Shown piece after piece: positions 10,765-21,159 of a stretch of DNA of 60,292 nucleotides. The notes beneath the pieces are model-generated. The model was not told the DNA's origin, did no database searches, and saw nothing but the letters and a program-made list of their open reading frames with translations. The DNA comes from Nitrososphaeraceae archaeon (lineage in GTDB: Archaea > Thermoproteota > Nitrososphaeria > Nitrososphaerales > Nitrososphaeraceae): NCBI GenBank assembly GCA_035297365.1, contig DATGZA010000007.1:1-60292 (forward strand), written 5' to 3'. The stretch's first letter is position 1. Each line of letters begins with the position of its first letter. The translations under genes and the position numbers were made by a program.

Positions 10765-11057
10765 AACCTAAAATATGAAAAGGTATTTAGATATAGATAC
10801 GTAAATAAACAATTCACTATTATCAAAAACCTATGACATACTAATAGTCATATGTTCGATATTTTGAAAATAAATATTAATGAAAAAGTATTCATTCCAT
10901 CATTTCCCAATATTGATTTATTTAGTTTATATGTGGATAACATTATAGGATGGACACTTAAACCTGTAAGATAAATGGATTTATATAATCATTTTTGACA
11001 ATTGAATTTATAATAAATAATAAACTTTTATACCAAGAAAAACATATACCTAATGAT

Positions 11058-11273
11058 ATGGCGCACATTGCAAAAATAATCGAGATTATTGGTGGTTCAG
11101 AAAAAGGATGGGAAGATGCAGCACAGGTAGCTATCGATGAAGCACGAAAAACAATACATGGAATAACAGGAATAGAGGTAGTAGATATGACAGCAAAAGT
11201 AGATCCAACTACTAGCCAAATAACACAATATCGTGCTTGTGTAAAAATTGCATTTGGCATCGAACATACTTGA
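11058..11273 (+). CDS. Dodecin family protein
   Basis: MAHIAKIIEIIGGSEKGWEDAAQVAIDEARKTIHGI...YRACVKIAF is the typical ~70-aa dodecin pattern. Confidence 0.9.
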   Translation: MAHIAKIIEIIGGSEKGWEDAAQVAIDEARKTIHGITGIEVVDMTAKVDPTTSQITQYRACVKIAFGIEHT

Positions 11274-12005
11274 AGAAATAACATCAACCACTCTTTTTTT
11301 ATTTATCGGCAAATATTTCCCAGATGTTATTCATGAAGCAAATAAAATTATCATGTTATTATTGAAAATGAGTTCTTTAATTATTTTTCAAGATAAAAGT
11401 AGATCTCGATTTCATATTAAAATTGTACATTGATCCATCTATTCAACAGTGGATTCAAAACAGAATTGCACATTAACTATCCAGAATTTAATATTTTTGT
11501 GAAAATGGTAAAACATGTAAATTTATCACAAATAGAAATAAATCAAGATAATTAAATTTTGTGGGAAAAAAACTGTACCCAACTCTGTCAATATTGAATT
11601 CTTAAGGATGTCACTATCTAATTAATTAAGATTAGAACAACTGTTGTGTATTATTCGTAAAACTCAATTAATTACATATCTCCAGAAAAACAACCATATC
11701 TTTTAACAGTATCATAATAAAATGTATATTGCAATAAAGTAAGATAATAGATAAAAAGGAGAATTGAATTTTTAGCAGGTTAATTAACTATTCAAAATAA
11801 ATTGCCTGAAATTGCTTCTAATTGATTTGATCATTGTAGGATCTGATTTATAAAAAATAAATAAATAAAAAATTTGAGGACCAAATGCCATAATTATATT
11901 AAAATACCATCTCGAATATGCCGTATAACTTACCTAATTCTAGATATTTTCTAAATAAAAAATATAAAACTGTATTGTTATTATTTTGAAAACTTTGCAA
12001 CCTTA

Positions 12006-13523
12006 CTAAAAAAGTGGATCATAATTAAATCGGTTTAAATCAATCCTATAATAATCTAGCTTATCAGGATCGTATTTTTGGATTAGTTGAATGGGTTCTC
12101 CCTTGTCACTTCTACGTAATAGAACATCTCGGTGAACATATCCCGTAACATATTCATATCCGAGTTCTTTGGATCGGGTTAAAAAATGCAATCGAAGTAA
12201 ATGGCCTCCTTTTTCCCCCCAGTATCCAGAACGAATATACATCGATTCTAAAAATACCGTATTTTTCTTTCCATGATTTGCATCATTTGTACCTCTACGT
12301 AACTGGTATTGTTCTAGTGGTCCACCTTTTGCAAAACCTATTACTATTCTATCCTTCTCTTTTACTCTTAGAGTAACAAGGATAGTATCAGGATGTGATA
12401 AGGATTTAGCAAAATCTTGCTTGTTATTTACTAATGATGGACCGTTGAGATCATTTCGAATATCTATTATAGAATTAACAATATCTGGGTCAATTTTCAC
12501 ATTTTTATCCTCTATGACTGGAATTAAACTAATCTCATTTTTTCTCAACGATCTCTTGATTTCGACTTCTTGGTTCCATGCTTCTTTAAATTTTGAAATA
12601 TTTTCGAGAAAATTTTGTTTATAATTTTCAGAGACTGAATTTAATATTTTTTCTAACATTTCTTTTTCTTGTTTTAATAGACTAAAGTACTTAACAGACT
12701 CTTGATTAATAAGAGAAGGATGCCAACCAAGCCCATGAGCATTGAGTCTAGCAAGTTCAATTGCGCGATCAAAATTGCCTAATGCATAACCAGCAACACG
12801 CTCAGAGACTGAAAGAAACCAACCCAAATCATGATAATATTTTCTTGTCTTTTCATCCTCCATTGGGATCCCGGCTTTAGAGAATAAATGATTCATCCTT
12901 TCCATTGCTTCTGAAGCTATCTTGCCTCTAAAGGGATACGCTGTTCTATGAATCATAGCCATCATGATATCAATGTTTAATCCTTCTTCGTCTATCCATT
13001 CTCTTATTTTCTTATCTTTTCTTATAAACCATTCAACTTCCTCTTCATTTGGTTTATCAAAACTCTTCAACGGATCATAATCATGGAAAAGCGCGGATAA
13101 AAACAAGTATTTAATATCTTTTAAGTGAAATCTATTATCTTGATTTTGGCCACTCGCTGCAAGCAATGTAAAGTACGTCGCCTCTAACTCATGATAAATA
13201 TTGTGATATCCATAATAGTCAAATCCTAGACCTTTCTTAGAAAATTCAGATATTGAATGTCTTATGATCTTATTCATCCAAATAGTTGATAGTCCTAAAT
13301 TTTTACCGACTTCTAAGATTCTGTTCTTTAGATTCGCCTCCTTAGCAGATCCAAGATTATATCTTATCCACCAGGGAAACAAGTTAAGACGTTTATGCAA
13401 TTCATACCATTTAGAGATAGGTTGAGCAAGCGGATTAAAGAAAAGGAAATCATGATCATCTTTCTCACTCTCATTCATACGATCTTGTTCTGATAACAAA
13501 CTCACCCCATCCTCTGTCAACAA
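12006..13523 (-). CDS. HD-domain phosphohydrolase with C-terminal GNAT-like domain
   Basis: YHNIYH and ALFHDYD (HD); C-terminal IVIGFAKG, VFLESMYIRSGYWGEKGGHLL, KELGYEYVTGYV (GNAT motif A/B-like). Start uncertain. Confidence 0.7.
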   Translation of the reverse strand: MLTEDGVSLLSEQDRMNESEKDDHDFLFFNPLAQPISKWYELHKRLNLFPWWIRYNLGSAKEANLKNRILEVGKNLGLSTIWMNKIIRHSISEFSKKGLGFDYYGYHNIYHELEATYFTLLAASGQNQDNRFHLKDIKYLFLSALFHDYDPLKSFDKPNEEEVEWFIRKDKKIREWIDEEGLNIDIMMAMIHRTAYPFRGKIASEAMERMNHLFSKAGIPMEDEKTRKYYHDLGWFLSVSERVAGYALGNFDRAIELARLNAHGLGWHPSLINQESVKYFSLLKQEKEMLEKILNSVSENYKQNFLENISKFKEAWNQEVEIKRSLRKNEISLIPVIEDKNVKIDPDIVNSIIDIRNDLNGPSLVNNKQDFAKSLSHPDTILVTLRVKEKDRIVIGFAKGGPLEQYQLRRGTNDANHGKKNTVFLESMYIRSGYWGEKGGHLLRLHFLTRSKELGYEYVTGYVHRDVLLRRSDKGEPIQLIQKYDPDKLDYYRIDLNRFNYDPLF

Positions 13524-13729
13524 TTATTCTTATACATCGATAGATAAATATTTTATACTTATTATGCATTATTCTTGAAAAAAATAATAACCGTGCAGGT
13601 AGAAAGTAATTTTTATTAATATTTTAATAGGAATTTTAAAAAAATTATATCATGTTTCATTCAGAAAGAGGATTTAGGCAAGATAAAAATAATACCAGTT
13701 CAAAATATGCAATAAAAGCTTTAAAAAAC

Positions 13730-13757
13730 TGTCATAATCCAAACATAGATTATGACA
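13730..13757. promoter_or_regulatory. Perfect 10-bp inverted repeat TGTCATAATC-N8-GATTATGACA, candidate operator
   Basis: Read directly; lies in the divergent intergenic region between the genes at 13523(-) and 14147(+). Confidence 0.35.
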
Positions 13758-14146
13758 TCAAACAAAAATTTTACTGAACTTACGGATTTATTATTGAATT
13801 TTTCTAGATCACCCTAAAAAAAATCTGTTAATTAAACGTCATACATATAGCTCTAAATTTCCCATTCCAATAAGTAGCAAGATTCAACTGAAATAGGGTA
13901 TTGCTAGTGGGCGTTACTCTTTTAGATCAGGTCTGTGAACATTTCGACCTTATCTTCACCTTAAAATTTAGATGTTCTAAGTCTATGAAGTGAATTTCAT
14001 ATTTTTATAAACTTGTAAAATAAAAATCAATATAATTTTATGAAACAAGTTTGTTCAAAAATTCATGCTAGCAAAACCGAATCAGGTGGAAATTCGTTAA
14101 CAATTAATTCTAAAAGTTTAAAAGATTATATGATATAATAATCGAT

Positions 14147-14413
14147 ATGAATATAATTTCGATAATTCTGATCATTGGAATTCTTTTTATTCCGCATGTA
14201 TTTGCTCAACCACGTTCTGAAGATATACTAATGGATCATATGAGATTTATTCATTCTCAATTGGCAACTAATGTCGATGATGTCATCAAATTGGTCAAAT
14301 CGAATAATACTGCAGAAGCACTAAATTTACTTGAAGGTGTAAAAATTAAAATTCACCATATGAATATTATGTTTGATGATCTTGTATGGGCAATGTCAAA
14401 TAGAGGTCACTGA
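14147..14413 (+). CDS. Small secreted His/Met-rich helical protein
   Basis: Signal peptide ending VFA; MDHMRFIH and IHHMNIM segments. Confidence 0.65.
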   Translation: MNIISIILIIGILFIPHVFAQPRSEDILMDHMRFIHSQLATNVDDVIKLVKSNNTAEALNLLEGVKIKIHHMNIMFDDLVWAMSNRGH

Positions 14414-14419
14414 TCTAAA

Positions 14420-15140
14420 ATCCAGAGAACACAATAAGGCGTTCCGTTGTTCTCTACAGAGAAGTCATTGATGGAATAATGTTTGTCTCGAGAATTGGAT
14501 GTCGGTTAAAAATGTTACCAACCGAAATGGTTCAGATTCTAAATGTGATAGAAGATTTCAAAAGTCGATAAAATCAGATATATATGACAAAATACGGACC
14601 AGATTAGTAAAAATACACGATTACAAGGTACGAGTCAAATGGATATCACAGATACACACCTGTATATCTATAAAATCACCTTTAGGCAGTGATAAGAGAT
14701 CATAATCCTAATTACATACTAAAATTAGGCACAAAAAGAGATATTTTAATAGATAAGGAATGAATTCCCTTTTCTACTATTAGAAAATCTGTCAGTCCAG
14801 GCTATCAAAAGGCAACTACCACCAAAAGGAAATCTAAAGACAAAAATACATCCAAAAAAAGCAGAATCTATCTCTTGATAAAACATATCATTCGAAGGAA
14901 GCAGAACCAAAAATAATTAGTAGAAGATACGTGTCACATATATGACATAGAAGAGAAAAAAAGAAATCTTCAGGCGAGATAACCCAGCAAGAAGAGGAGT
15001 CATAGAGGGAACAAACTCATGACCTAACAGACTTACCAAATTTTTTACAGGATATGAAAAGAAAAAAGAGAATTATTTTGGTCTTGTACAGTTACCATGT
15101 AGGTAAACTATTTACAAGACCTTAAATTTGGATAGATTCA
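14420..15140 (+). mobile_element. Decayed IS5-family transposase (pseudogene)
   Basis: Collinear fragments across frames: REVIDGIMFVSRIGCRLKMLP, CDRRFQK, SIKSPLG, KLGTKRDILIDK, LSLDKTYHS, PARRGVIEGTNS*, YEKKKENYFGLVQL; these match IS5 motifs LRTGCQW, RRFQ.W, G.KRH..TD, LDKGY, RWVVERT.SW, RYEK. Several stops and frameshifts. Confidence 0.85.
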
Positions 15141-15295
15141 AGTAATTTGTTAGTACCACGGCGTTGTAACTTGATTGCAGACACACTATTGTCTGATGTA
15201 TATTTTGCATTTCTCCTAATAAGACAATATTCCACAATTCTAATTAGAAAAACTTAATGTTTTTACCTTTCCGTAAATTACTATGATCGCATTAA

Positions 15296-15580
15296 CTATT
15301 GTTTGATCTCATGTTTTTCGATAGTCGGTTGTTGTGATTTAAAGGTAATCAGAACCGTATCGTTCACTTTATACGAACAATCTGTTATCATTCTTGGGAT
15401 TTTATCTTTCCCCTCTACTATACAGTTAGATCCTTCTTTAATCTTTACTATGGCTTCATCTGTTATGCTTCCACTGAATAGGTTTTTTGCAGACGAGCCC
15501 AATAGAGCTAATATTATCACGACTGCTGCAATCCCAACAACCAAAACCAACTTTTTTGGAGAAACAGATTCAAAGCTCAA
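15296..15580 (-). CDS. Membrane-anchored hypothetical protein
   Basis: N-terminal TM followed by a small beta-rich domain with a Cys pair. Confidence 0.65.
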   Translation of the reverse strand: MSFESVSPKKLVLVVGIAAVVIILALLGSSAKNLFSGSITDEAIVKIKEGSNCIVEGKDKIPRMITDCSYKVNDTVLITFKSQQPTIEKHEIKQ

Positions 15581-15824
15581 TAAATTGACTTGATAAATAG
15601 GATATATAACCTTTTTTTGTAGTTTATTCTAGTATTTCTGATTTATTATTCAGTATTTGACCAAGGACAAATAAATTAGTCATAATCACAAGCATGGATA
15701 GTCTATATCTAACATACTTAATCAACATATATCTTGTAATAGAATATTCAGCCTAAATCCAAAACCTTAGATCAATATACTTCTTTTAACCATAAAATTT
15801 TATATCTGTACTAATAATTTATCG

Positions 15825-16211
15825 ATGTTGCCAATAGTAAGCATTTCTCTAAATGATGATATTATAAATGATATAAATAAATTGCAAAAAGATTTGGGAT
15901 TTTCTGGCCGCTCTGAAATTGTGAGAGCCGGATTGAGAAGCATCATCGCAGAACAAAAACAGAGAGAATCCCTACATGGAGAATTGAGTGCCTTATTATT
16001 GATAATTCATCAGGAAAGAGATGATGATCAGGTAACGAATATGAGACATGATTATGAAGAAATCATCACTACACATCTCCATAGTAAAATAGATATCGAC
16101 AGATGTGTGGAAGTGTTTTTATTAAAGGGAGATGCTGAGTTGATTAGAAATATGACCAAGAACTTTCAAACAAATAAAAAATTAGACCATGTTAAATTAA
16201 TTACAATGTAA
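15825..16211 (+). CDS. nikR: NikR/CopG-family nickel-responsive regulator
   Basis: RHH N-terminus (IVSISLN...GFSGRSEIVRAG); ACT domain with the H...HLH.....C ligand pattern (RHDYEEIITTHLHSKIDIDRC). Confidence 0.85.
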   Translation: MLPIVSISLNDDIINDINKLQKDLGFSGRSEIVRAGLRSIIAEQKQRESLHGELSALLLIIHQERDDDQVTNMRHDYEEIITTHLHSKIDIDRCVEVFLLKGDAELIRNMTKNFQTNKKLDHVKLITM

Positions 16212-16309
16212 CAGAACAAATATAAAAAATACAAGTTGCTTAGCCTCACAAAGTGTAGACAAAGTCTGTAGCAATATTTTGGTTATAAAAATATCAAATA
16301 TAAATAATA

Positions 16310-16894
16310 TTATTTTATTTCCAAGTCTAATTTATAATTGTCTACATGCGTTATCAATTTTGTTGGTCCCATATAAGAACTTGTAAATTCAACTGATTGT
16401 ATCGAATCCTTGAGAGTTGAAATACATTCAAATGATGATAATGATAGTGTCGTACAGAATTTTATTAATTTGTTATTGAAGTCTATCAAAGAATTGCTTG
16501 CTAGTATTGTTTCTGTATTGTTATCTTCGTTTATTATCTTCAATACGAATTTATTAAGATCAGAAAATCCAGATTGCAAAGGAGCTAATTTACTATTATT
16601 ATTAATCGAATTAGAAGAAATAATAGAATTTGTCCCATTCGAAGAACTTGGCAGGGATAGATTAGTCTGAGTGGTGCCAACATTCATACCGCTAACTATC
16701 GAGTTCAGAGTATTATCAATCACATTTCCACGGCTTATTTTGTTAAGCATGTCAACTATAGCCCTGTCGATATCTGTTGTATTTACTTTACTGGCTTTTG
16801 TTGGTTGAGCAAACAATTGATTATAATTTTCGGTATTAGAGACCAGAGATATCATTAGAATGGATAATAAAAATAGTATCATCAGAAATTTCAT
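16310..16894 (-). CDS. Secreted Ser/Asn-rich hypothetical protein
   Basis: Signal peptide, low-complexity S/N tract and a Cys pair. Confidence 0.65.
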   Translation of the reverse strand: MKFLMILFLLSILMISLVSNTENYNQLFAQPTKASKVNTTDIDRAIVDMLNKISRGNVIDNTLNSIVSGMNVGTTQTNLSLPSSSNGTNSIISSNSINNNSKLAPLQSGFSDLNKFVLKIINEDNNTETILASNSLIDFNNKLIKFCTTLSLSSFECISTLKDSIQSVEFTSSYMGPTKLITHVDNYKLDLEIK

Positions 16895-17071
16895 TTAGTG
16901 CATATTCCTCTTTACATCTTATATCTTTTTAGTATTAATACAGAAAGTAACAAAAGTTTAGAAAATTTTAATATATAATACATTTGTTACTTTTTCAAAT
17001 TTTAAAATTCTGGTTCAAAGTTCTAAAAGTATTGATAAAAACACCTAGCATAAATATTTTAAAATAATTAT

Positions 17072-19318
17072 TTAGTCGCCTGTTTTATTTGGCTTATCTA
17101 TCAATTCTATTATACAAGTCTTATCTATGGTTTCTATTGTCCCATCACATCCTGAAATTCTATTAATCATATATCCTAATAGATCCTTTACCTTAACTTC
17201 ATATTTTCCAGGACTTATAGACACTATTTGTAAATCGGAATTACCTGTAAAGGTATTCGGTACAGGATTTTCTCCTTTAACAACCAGTGTGAAATCAGAA
17301 GGATTTTTAGTTCCTCCGTTTACATTTAATACTTCTACTATAACCTTCAATTCGGGTATATTTGATATTAAACGTTTTTCATCACTCTTAATATTGTTTA
17401 TCTTCTGTAAAGAATTGTTTGCATTCTGTAAAGAATTGTTTGCATTCTGTAACGATTCTTTTTGTTGTACAGACAAAGTTTGATTTATTGGTTGGGTTGG
17501 AGGATTAATATCATCCAATGTAATTACACAATCCTTACTTTCGCCCGGTCCAACTACACCTACGCACCCTGCAGAATATATTGTTTTGTATCCCAATGAT
17601 TGCGAAACATTGATACTATAATCTCCAGGTTTCAATGATACAATCTGCCCATCTGGATTTCCGGAAAATGAATTTGGAATAGCCTGCATTCCTGTTACAG
17701 AGATATTAAAATCTTTAGGCTGTTTATCCCCACCATTGTTATTAATTACCTTTGTTAGTACGCCAACTTGTGAAACAGATAGAAATGAATCTGATTGAAC
17801 TTCTTTGCCGAATATCTTTATTTCGGATATGCTTGACCAATTATTCAGACTATTTCCAGTAACTGTGATCCTTACAAATTTAGCAGTTGTGTCTGGTATA
17901 TCATACAGTTCTAATTCTGGAGTATCTCCAGTGCTGCGAGAAGAGAATATTTGTCTATAATCATTTCCGTCTGAAGACACAGAAATTAAGAAATCTAGTT
18001 TGCGAACATCGCCCTTGTACCATGATATTCCTAGATCACAAATATCTACTTCCTTTCCTAGGTCTATATCTATCCATGAACCTAATCCAAAATTGGACCA
18101 TCTGGTCTTCAAATCACCGTCAAATGCATCTTGCTCAGGATGAGTTGGTTGATTACCTATGGAGGTAACACCGTTTGGAGATATAGATACTTCTTGACAT
18201 GGGGATGGTGAACCTGGAACACGTGGATTATTGATATCTATCTCAGAAATACTTGACCAGTCATTGATTGAATTTGCAATAATACTTAATTTTAAGAATC
18301 GAGTCTTGATATCAGGAAGATCGTATCTTTCTGGACCATCAGTTAGACCACTGCTTGTCTCAGAGAAAATATTGCTGAATATTTCACCGTCAGATGAAGC
18401 AGAAACTACAAATTTAATTTTTCTGTTATCACCTTTGTACCATGATATATCTATATCACAGACTTCCTTCTCCCCGCCAAGGTCTAACAATATCCATGAA
18501 TTAAGACCAGGATATGACCATCTAGTTGACTGGTCTCCATCTATTGCATCTACTGCAGGATGTACTTGTTGACTGCCTATCGATGTCACATTGACCTGTT
18601 TTTCTTGTTTACATAAAGTATTATCTCCAAATGATACAAAAACTAATTGACCTTCAAGATTAAACTTGTTGTTTGAAAATGCATCATAGACCTCTGCATT
18701 TGTTAAAGCCCGATCCCAAATTCGAACTTCGTCTAGATCTCCAATAAACAACTTATCTTTAAACAGAGAATTCGCTCCTATGGTTATACGATTTTTTCCA
18801 GTATAATCAGGTTCAGCATTAGTAGTATTTTTATCATTTATTAGAACACCATCCACAAATAATTTTAGGATTGAACCGTCGTACGTGACGGTACCATAGT
18901 GCCATTTATCATCATTCAATTTATTTTGAGAAGTCACGAAGTGATTTGATCCATCTAATGTTTCAAATCCCGCCTGAATTTGACCAAGAGGATTCAAAAA
19001 CATCCCGAAATTCATATTCTCTCCAGGAGCTTCCGATCCTGTTCCTCCTTTGTCAACAATAAAAGAAATAATCTTACTAGTAGAATTTGTTTTAATCCAA
19101 GACGCAACAGAAAATTGCTTTAATTGAAATAGTTCTGAATCTTTTACATATTTAAAGTTGGAACCCGAAAATGTTCCGAATTTACCAACTTGTCCAAATG
19201 CAGAATAATTTTGAATGATGCCAGAAGTTAGGACAGTGAAAAATAAAAATATTACAAGTAAAGTAGATAATTTTCTAATCTTTTTATAAATTTCATAATT
19301 TGTATCTGCCATTATCAT
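17072..19318 (-). CDS. Surface protein: LamG/ConA-like domain, two F5/8 type C (discoidin) domains, two small beta-sandwich repeats
   Basis: FSVASWIK, WHYGTVTYDG, FIGDLDEVRIWDRAL (LamG); AIDGDQSTRWS and AFDGDLKTRWS...SISEI (discoidin x2); V.N.NGG.K.P.DF x2. Confidence 0.88.
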   Translation of the reverse strand: MIMADTNYEIYKKIRKLSTLLVIFLFFTVLTSGIIQNYSAFGQVGKFGTFSGSNFKYVKDSELFQLKQFSVASWIKTNSTSKIISFIVDKGGTGSEAPGENMNFGMFLNPLGQIQAGFETLDGSNHFVTSQNKLNDDKWHYGTVTYDGSILKLFVDGVLINDKNTTNAEPDYTGKNRITIGANSLFKDKLFIGDLDEVRIWDRALTNAEVYDAFSNNKFNLEGQLVFVSFGDNTLCKQEKQVNVTSIGSQQVHPAVDAIDGDQSTRWSYPGLNSWILLDLGGEKEVCDIDISWYKGDNRKIKFVVSASSDGEIFSNIFSETSSGLTDGPERYDLPDIKTRFLKLSIIANSINDWSSISEIDINNPRVPGSPSPCQEVSISPNGVTSIGNQPTHPEQDAFDGDLKTRWSNFGLGSWIDIDLGKEVDICDLGISWYKGDVRKLDFLISVSSDGNDYRQIFSSRSTGDTPELELYDIPDTTAKFVRITVTGNSLNNWSSISEIKIFGKEVQSDSFLSVSQVGVLTKVINNNGGDKQPKDFNISVTGMQAIPNSFSGNPDGQIVSLKPGDYSINVSQSLGYKTIYSAGCVGVVGPGESKDCVITLDDINPPTQPINQTLSVQQKESLQNANNSLQNANNSLQKINNIKSDEKRLISNIPELKVIVEVLNVNGGTKNPSDFTLVVKGENPVPNTFTGNSDLQIVSISPGKYEVKVKDLLGYMINRISGCDGTIETIDKTCIIELIDKPNKTGD
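17403..17452. repeat. In-frame 21-bp tandem repeat (2.4 copies) encoding LQNANNS
   Basis: TTCTGTAAAGAATTGTTTGCA x2 plus TTCTGTAA. Confidence 0.8.
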
Positions 19319-19449
19319 TTCACCAGAAATTATAATAACTTCCTTTAATCACTTTCAGAAATTTACCAATATGTGCTATAATCTGTTTTAACAAAAAATA
19401 TTGATAAAAGTATTAAAAATATTTACCAATTAAAATTTTGTCTATCTAT

Positions 19450-20094
19450 TTAGGATCGATTCTGATTAACGTTTTCGAGTCTTAATAATGCATCTTTACC
19501 AAAATCCGACGCTAACTTTTTTTCCTCACTCATTCCACAATCAATGCATTTAATGCTGCTGTTTAACTTTACAGTTTCTCCTCCACAACTATAGCACAAA
19601 CAATAAACTACTCCAAGATTTTTATCGTCAATAGTTGCATGTGATGAAGAATTCATTAAACTAAATATTCGTCCTCTAACTATATCCCCTACTCTGTAAA
19701 TTAATTTTGGTCTCCTTTCTCTATCTCTCCTAGGATGTATTCCACCAGAAGTAGAAATTTTGGTTGAAGCTATAGCTGAAAGGCCAGATCCTACCTTTGT
19801 ATTATTCAAATATAAGATCTTTATGGATATCATACTACTGAATAACATTTCAATATATCCTATAATTTCATCACCAATTTTTGGGAATTTAGCTTTATTC
19901 TTTCTATCTACGCTGACCATCCTATGCTTTAAATTGTAATCCCTAAATCCTAAAGCGGATGATCGGACAGAACCTTCGGATACGTAAGTATCTTTACCGC
20001 TCTCAAACTCTTCAATATATGCTATATGATCTCCGGGAAGAAGAAAATTCTTATTAATATAACTCAACGTCTTTGTTTTTGTATTTGAATCCAT
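19450..20094 (-). CDS. csl4: Exosome complex RNA-binding protein Csl4
   Basis: LPGDHIAYIEEF; S1 domain (PKIGDEIIG, YRVGDIVRG); C-terminal Zn ribbon CYSC...CIDC...EEKKLA. Confidence 0.92.
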   Translation of the reverse strand: MDSNTKTKTLSYINKNFLLPGDHIAYIEEFESGKDTYVSEGSVRSSALGFRDYNLKHRMVSVDRKNKAKFPKIGDEIIGYIEMLFSSMISIKILYLNNTKVGSGLSAIASTKISTSGGIHPRRDRERRPKLIYRVGDIVRGRIFSLMNSSSHATIDDKNLGVVYCLCYSCGGETVKLNSSIKCIDCGMSEEKKLASDFGKDALLRLENVNQNRS

Positions 20095-20395
20095 ACGAAA
20101 GATGTGTTTTAAAAAGTTAATAATTGTTGTTCTTATTTTTCATTAATACAACTAACATCTATTAAAATTTGGTTTCGCTCCATTTTGTTAATTAGGTTAA
20201 AACAAGATGATCTATTACGATTATAGAGGCGATTCATATAATATCATCCTTAGTCCTATATAATTAATATCTTTAAATGGTTGTTTATTTATTTATTGAA
20301 TACTTTAAAATTTAGTCATGTCCATGTTATAAATTGAATTGTTTCAATGCGGCGTTAATTTTGTAAAAATTATTTAGAATGTATAATCTGATTAG

Positions 20396-20683
20396 CTACT
20401 CCCTAATACTCTCTAACTTGGATACAACGTGCCAGAGAGTAGTTCGAATATGCGATTCCATATGTCTGTTTTGAGTCAAACTATCTAACATACTAACAGC
20501 ATTAGCAGCTCTAACGGATATACTGCCATTTTTCTCATCTTTTAAAATATCATAAATATCTCGAATTTGGTTTCTAATTACACGAGGAAGATCCTTATTC
20601 TCCTTAAATGATTCTAACGTATCCATAGTACTTTGTAGTCTTTCCATATTTTCTTTATCACGAATTTCTTTTTTAAGCTTCAT
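20396..20683 (-). CDS. UPF0147 family protein
   Basis: LPRVIR, SVRAANAVSMLD and RTTLWHVVSKLESIRE. Confidence 0.88.
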   Translation of the reverse strand: MKLKKEIRDKENMERLQSTMDTLESFKENKDLPRVIRNQIRDIYDILKDEKNGSISVRAANAVSMLDSLTQNRHMESHIRTTLWHVVSKLESIRE

Positions 20684-20849
20684 ATTAACAAACTAAACCT
20701 CAATCCTAAAGAGAATAGATTACAGTAAATTACTCGTACTTATTTAATTGTTTTTAATTTATGATTTTGCAATATACATAAATCTCTTTACTACGTCAAG
20801 AGAAAACACAAGTGAATAGAATAAATATTCCCAAGTGTATATTTTTCTT

Positions 20850-21110
20850 ATGGAATGTGCAGTTTATGACACATATGTAACAAAAAATGACGGGAAAATT
20901 ATGCATTTTGACGTAATTGTGGAAGCAAGTACTCCACATGAAAAAGCTATTAAATATGGAAAGGAATTTTTGGATCAAGCAGGTCAAGGAGACCAGAGAA
21001 TGACTCAGGAAGAATGCCAGTTTTGTCACATACAAGAAGCCCCTCCATCAATTGCAAAAGATATCCAAGAGAAGGGATATTATATTCAGAAAATGGAAGG
21101 CTGTCCATAA
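20850..21110 (+). CDS. DUF2024 family protein
   Basis: VYDTYVTKNDGKIMHFDVIV and ECQFCHIQEA...GYYIQKMEGCP. Confidence 0.85.
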   Translation: MECAVYDTYVTKNDGKIMHFDVIVEASTPHEKAIKYGKEFLDQAGQGDQRMTQEECQFCHIQEAPPSIAKDIQEKGYYIQKMEGCP

Positions 21111-21159
21111 CTTTTTTTGTATAGATAATTGTATGATATAAGATCAAAATTATAATATT

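Noticed and set aside
14499-14705. 68-aa ORF as an independent gene
   Set aside because: It is an internal fragment of the decayed IS5 transposase.
16944-16993. 11-bp inverted repeat AAAGTAACAAA-N28-TTTGTTACTTT
   Set aside because: AT-rich arms, long spacer and no second copy seen; not enough to call an operator.
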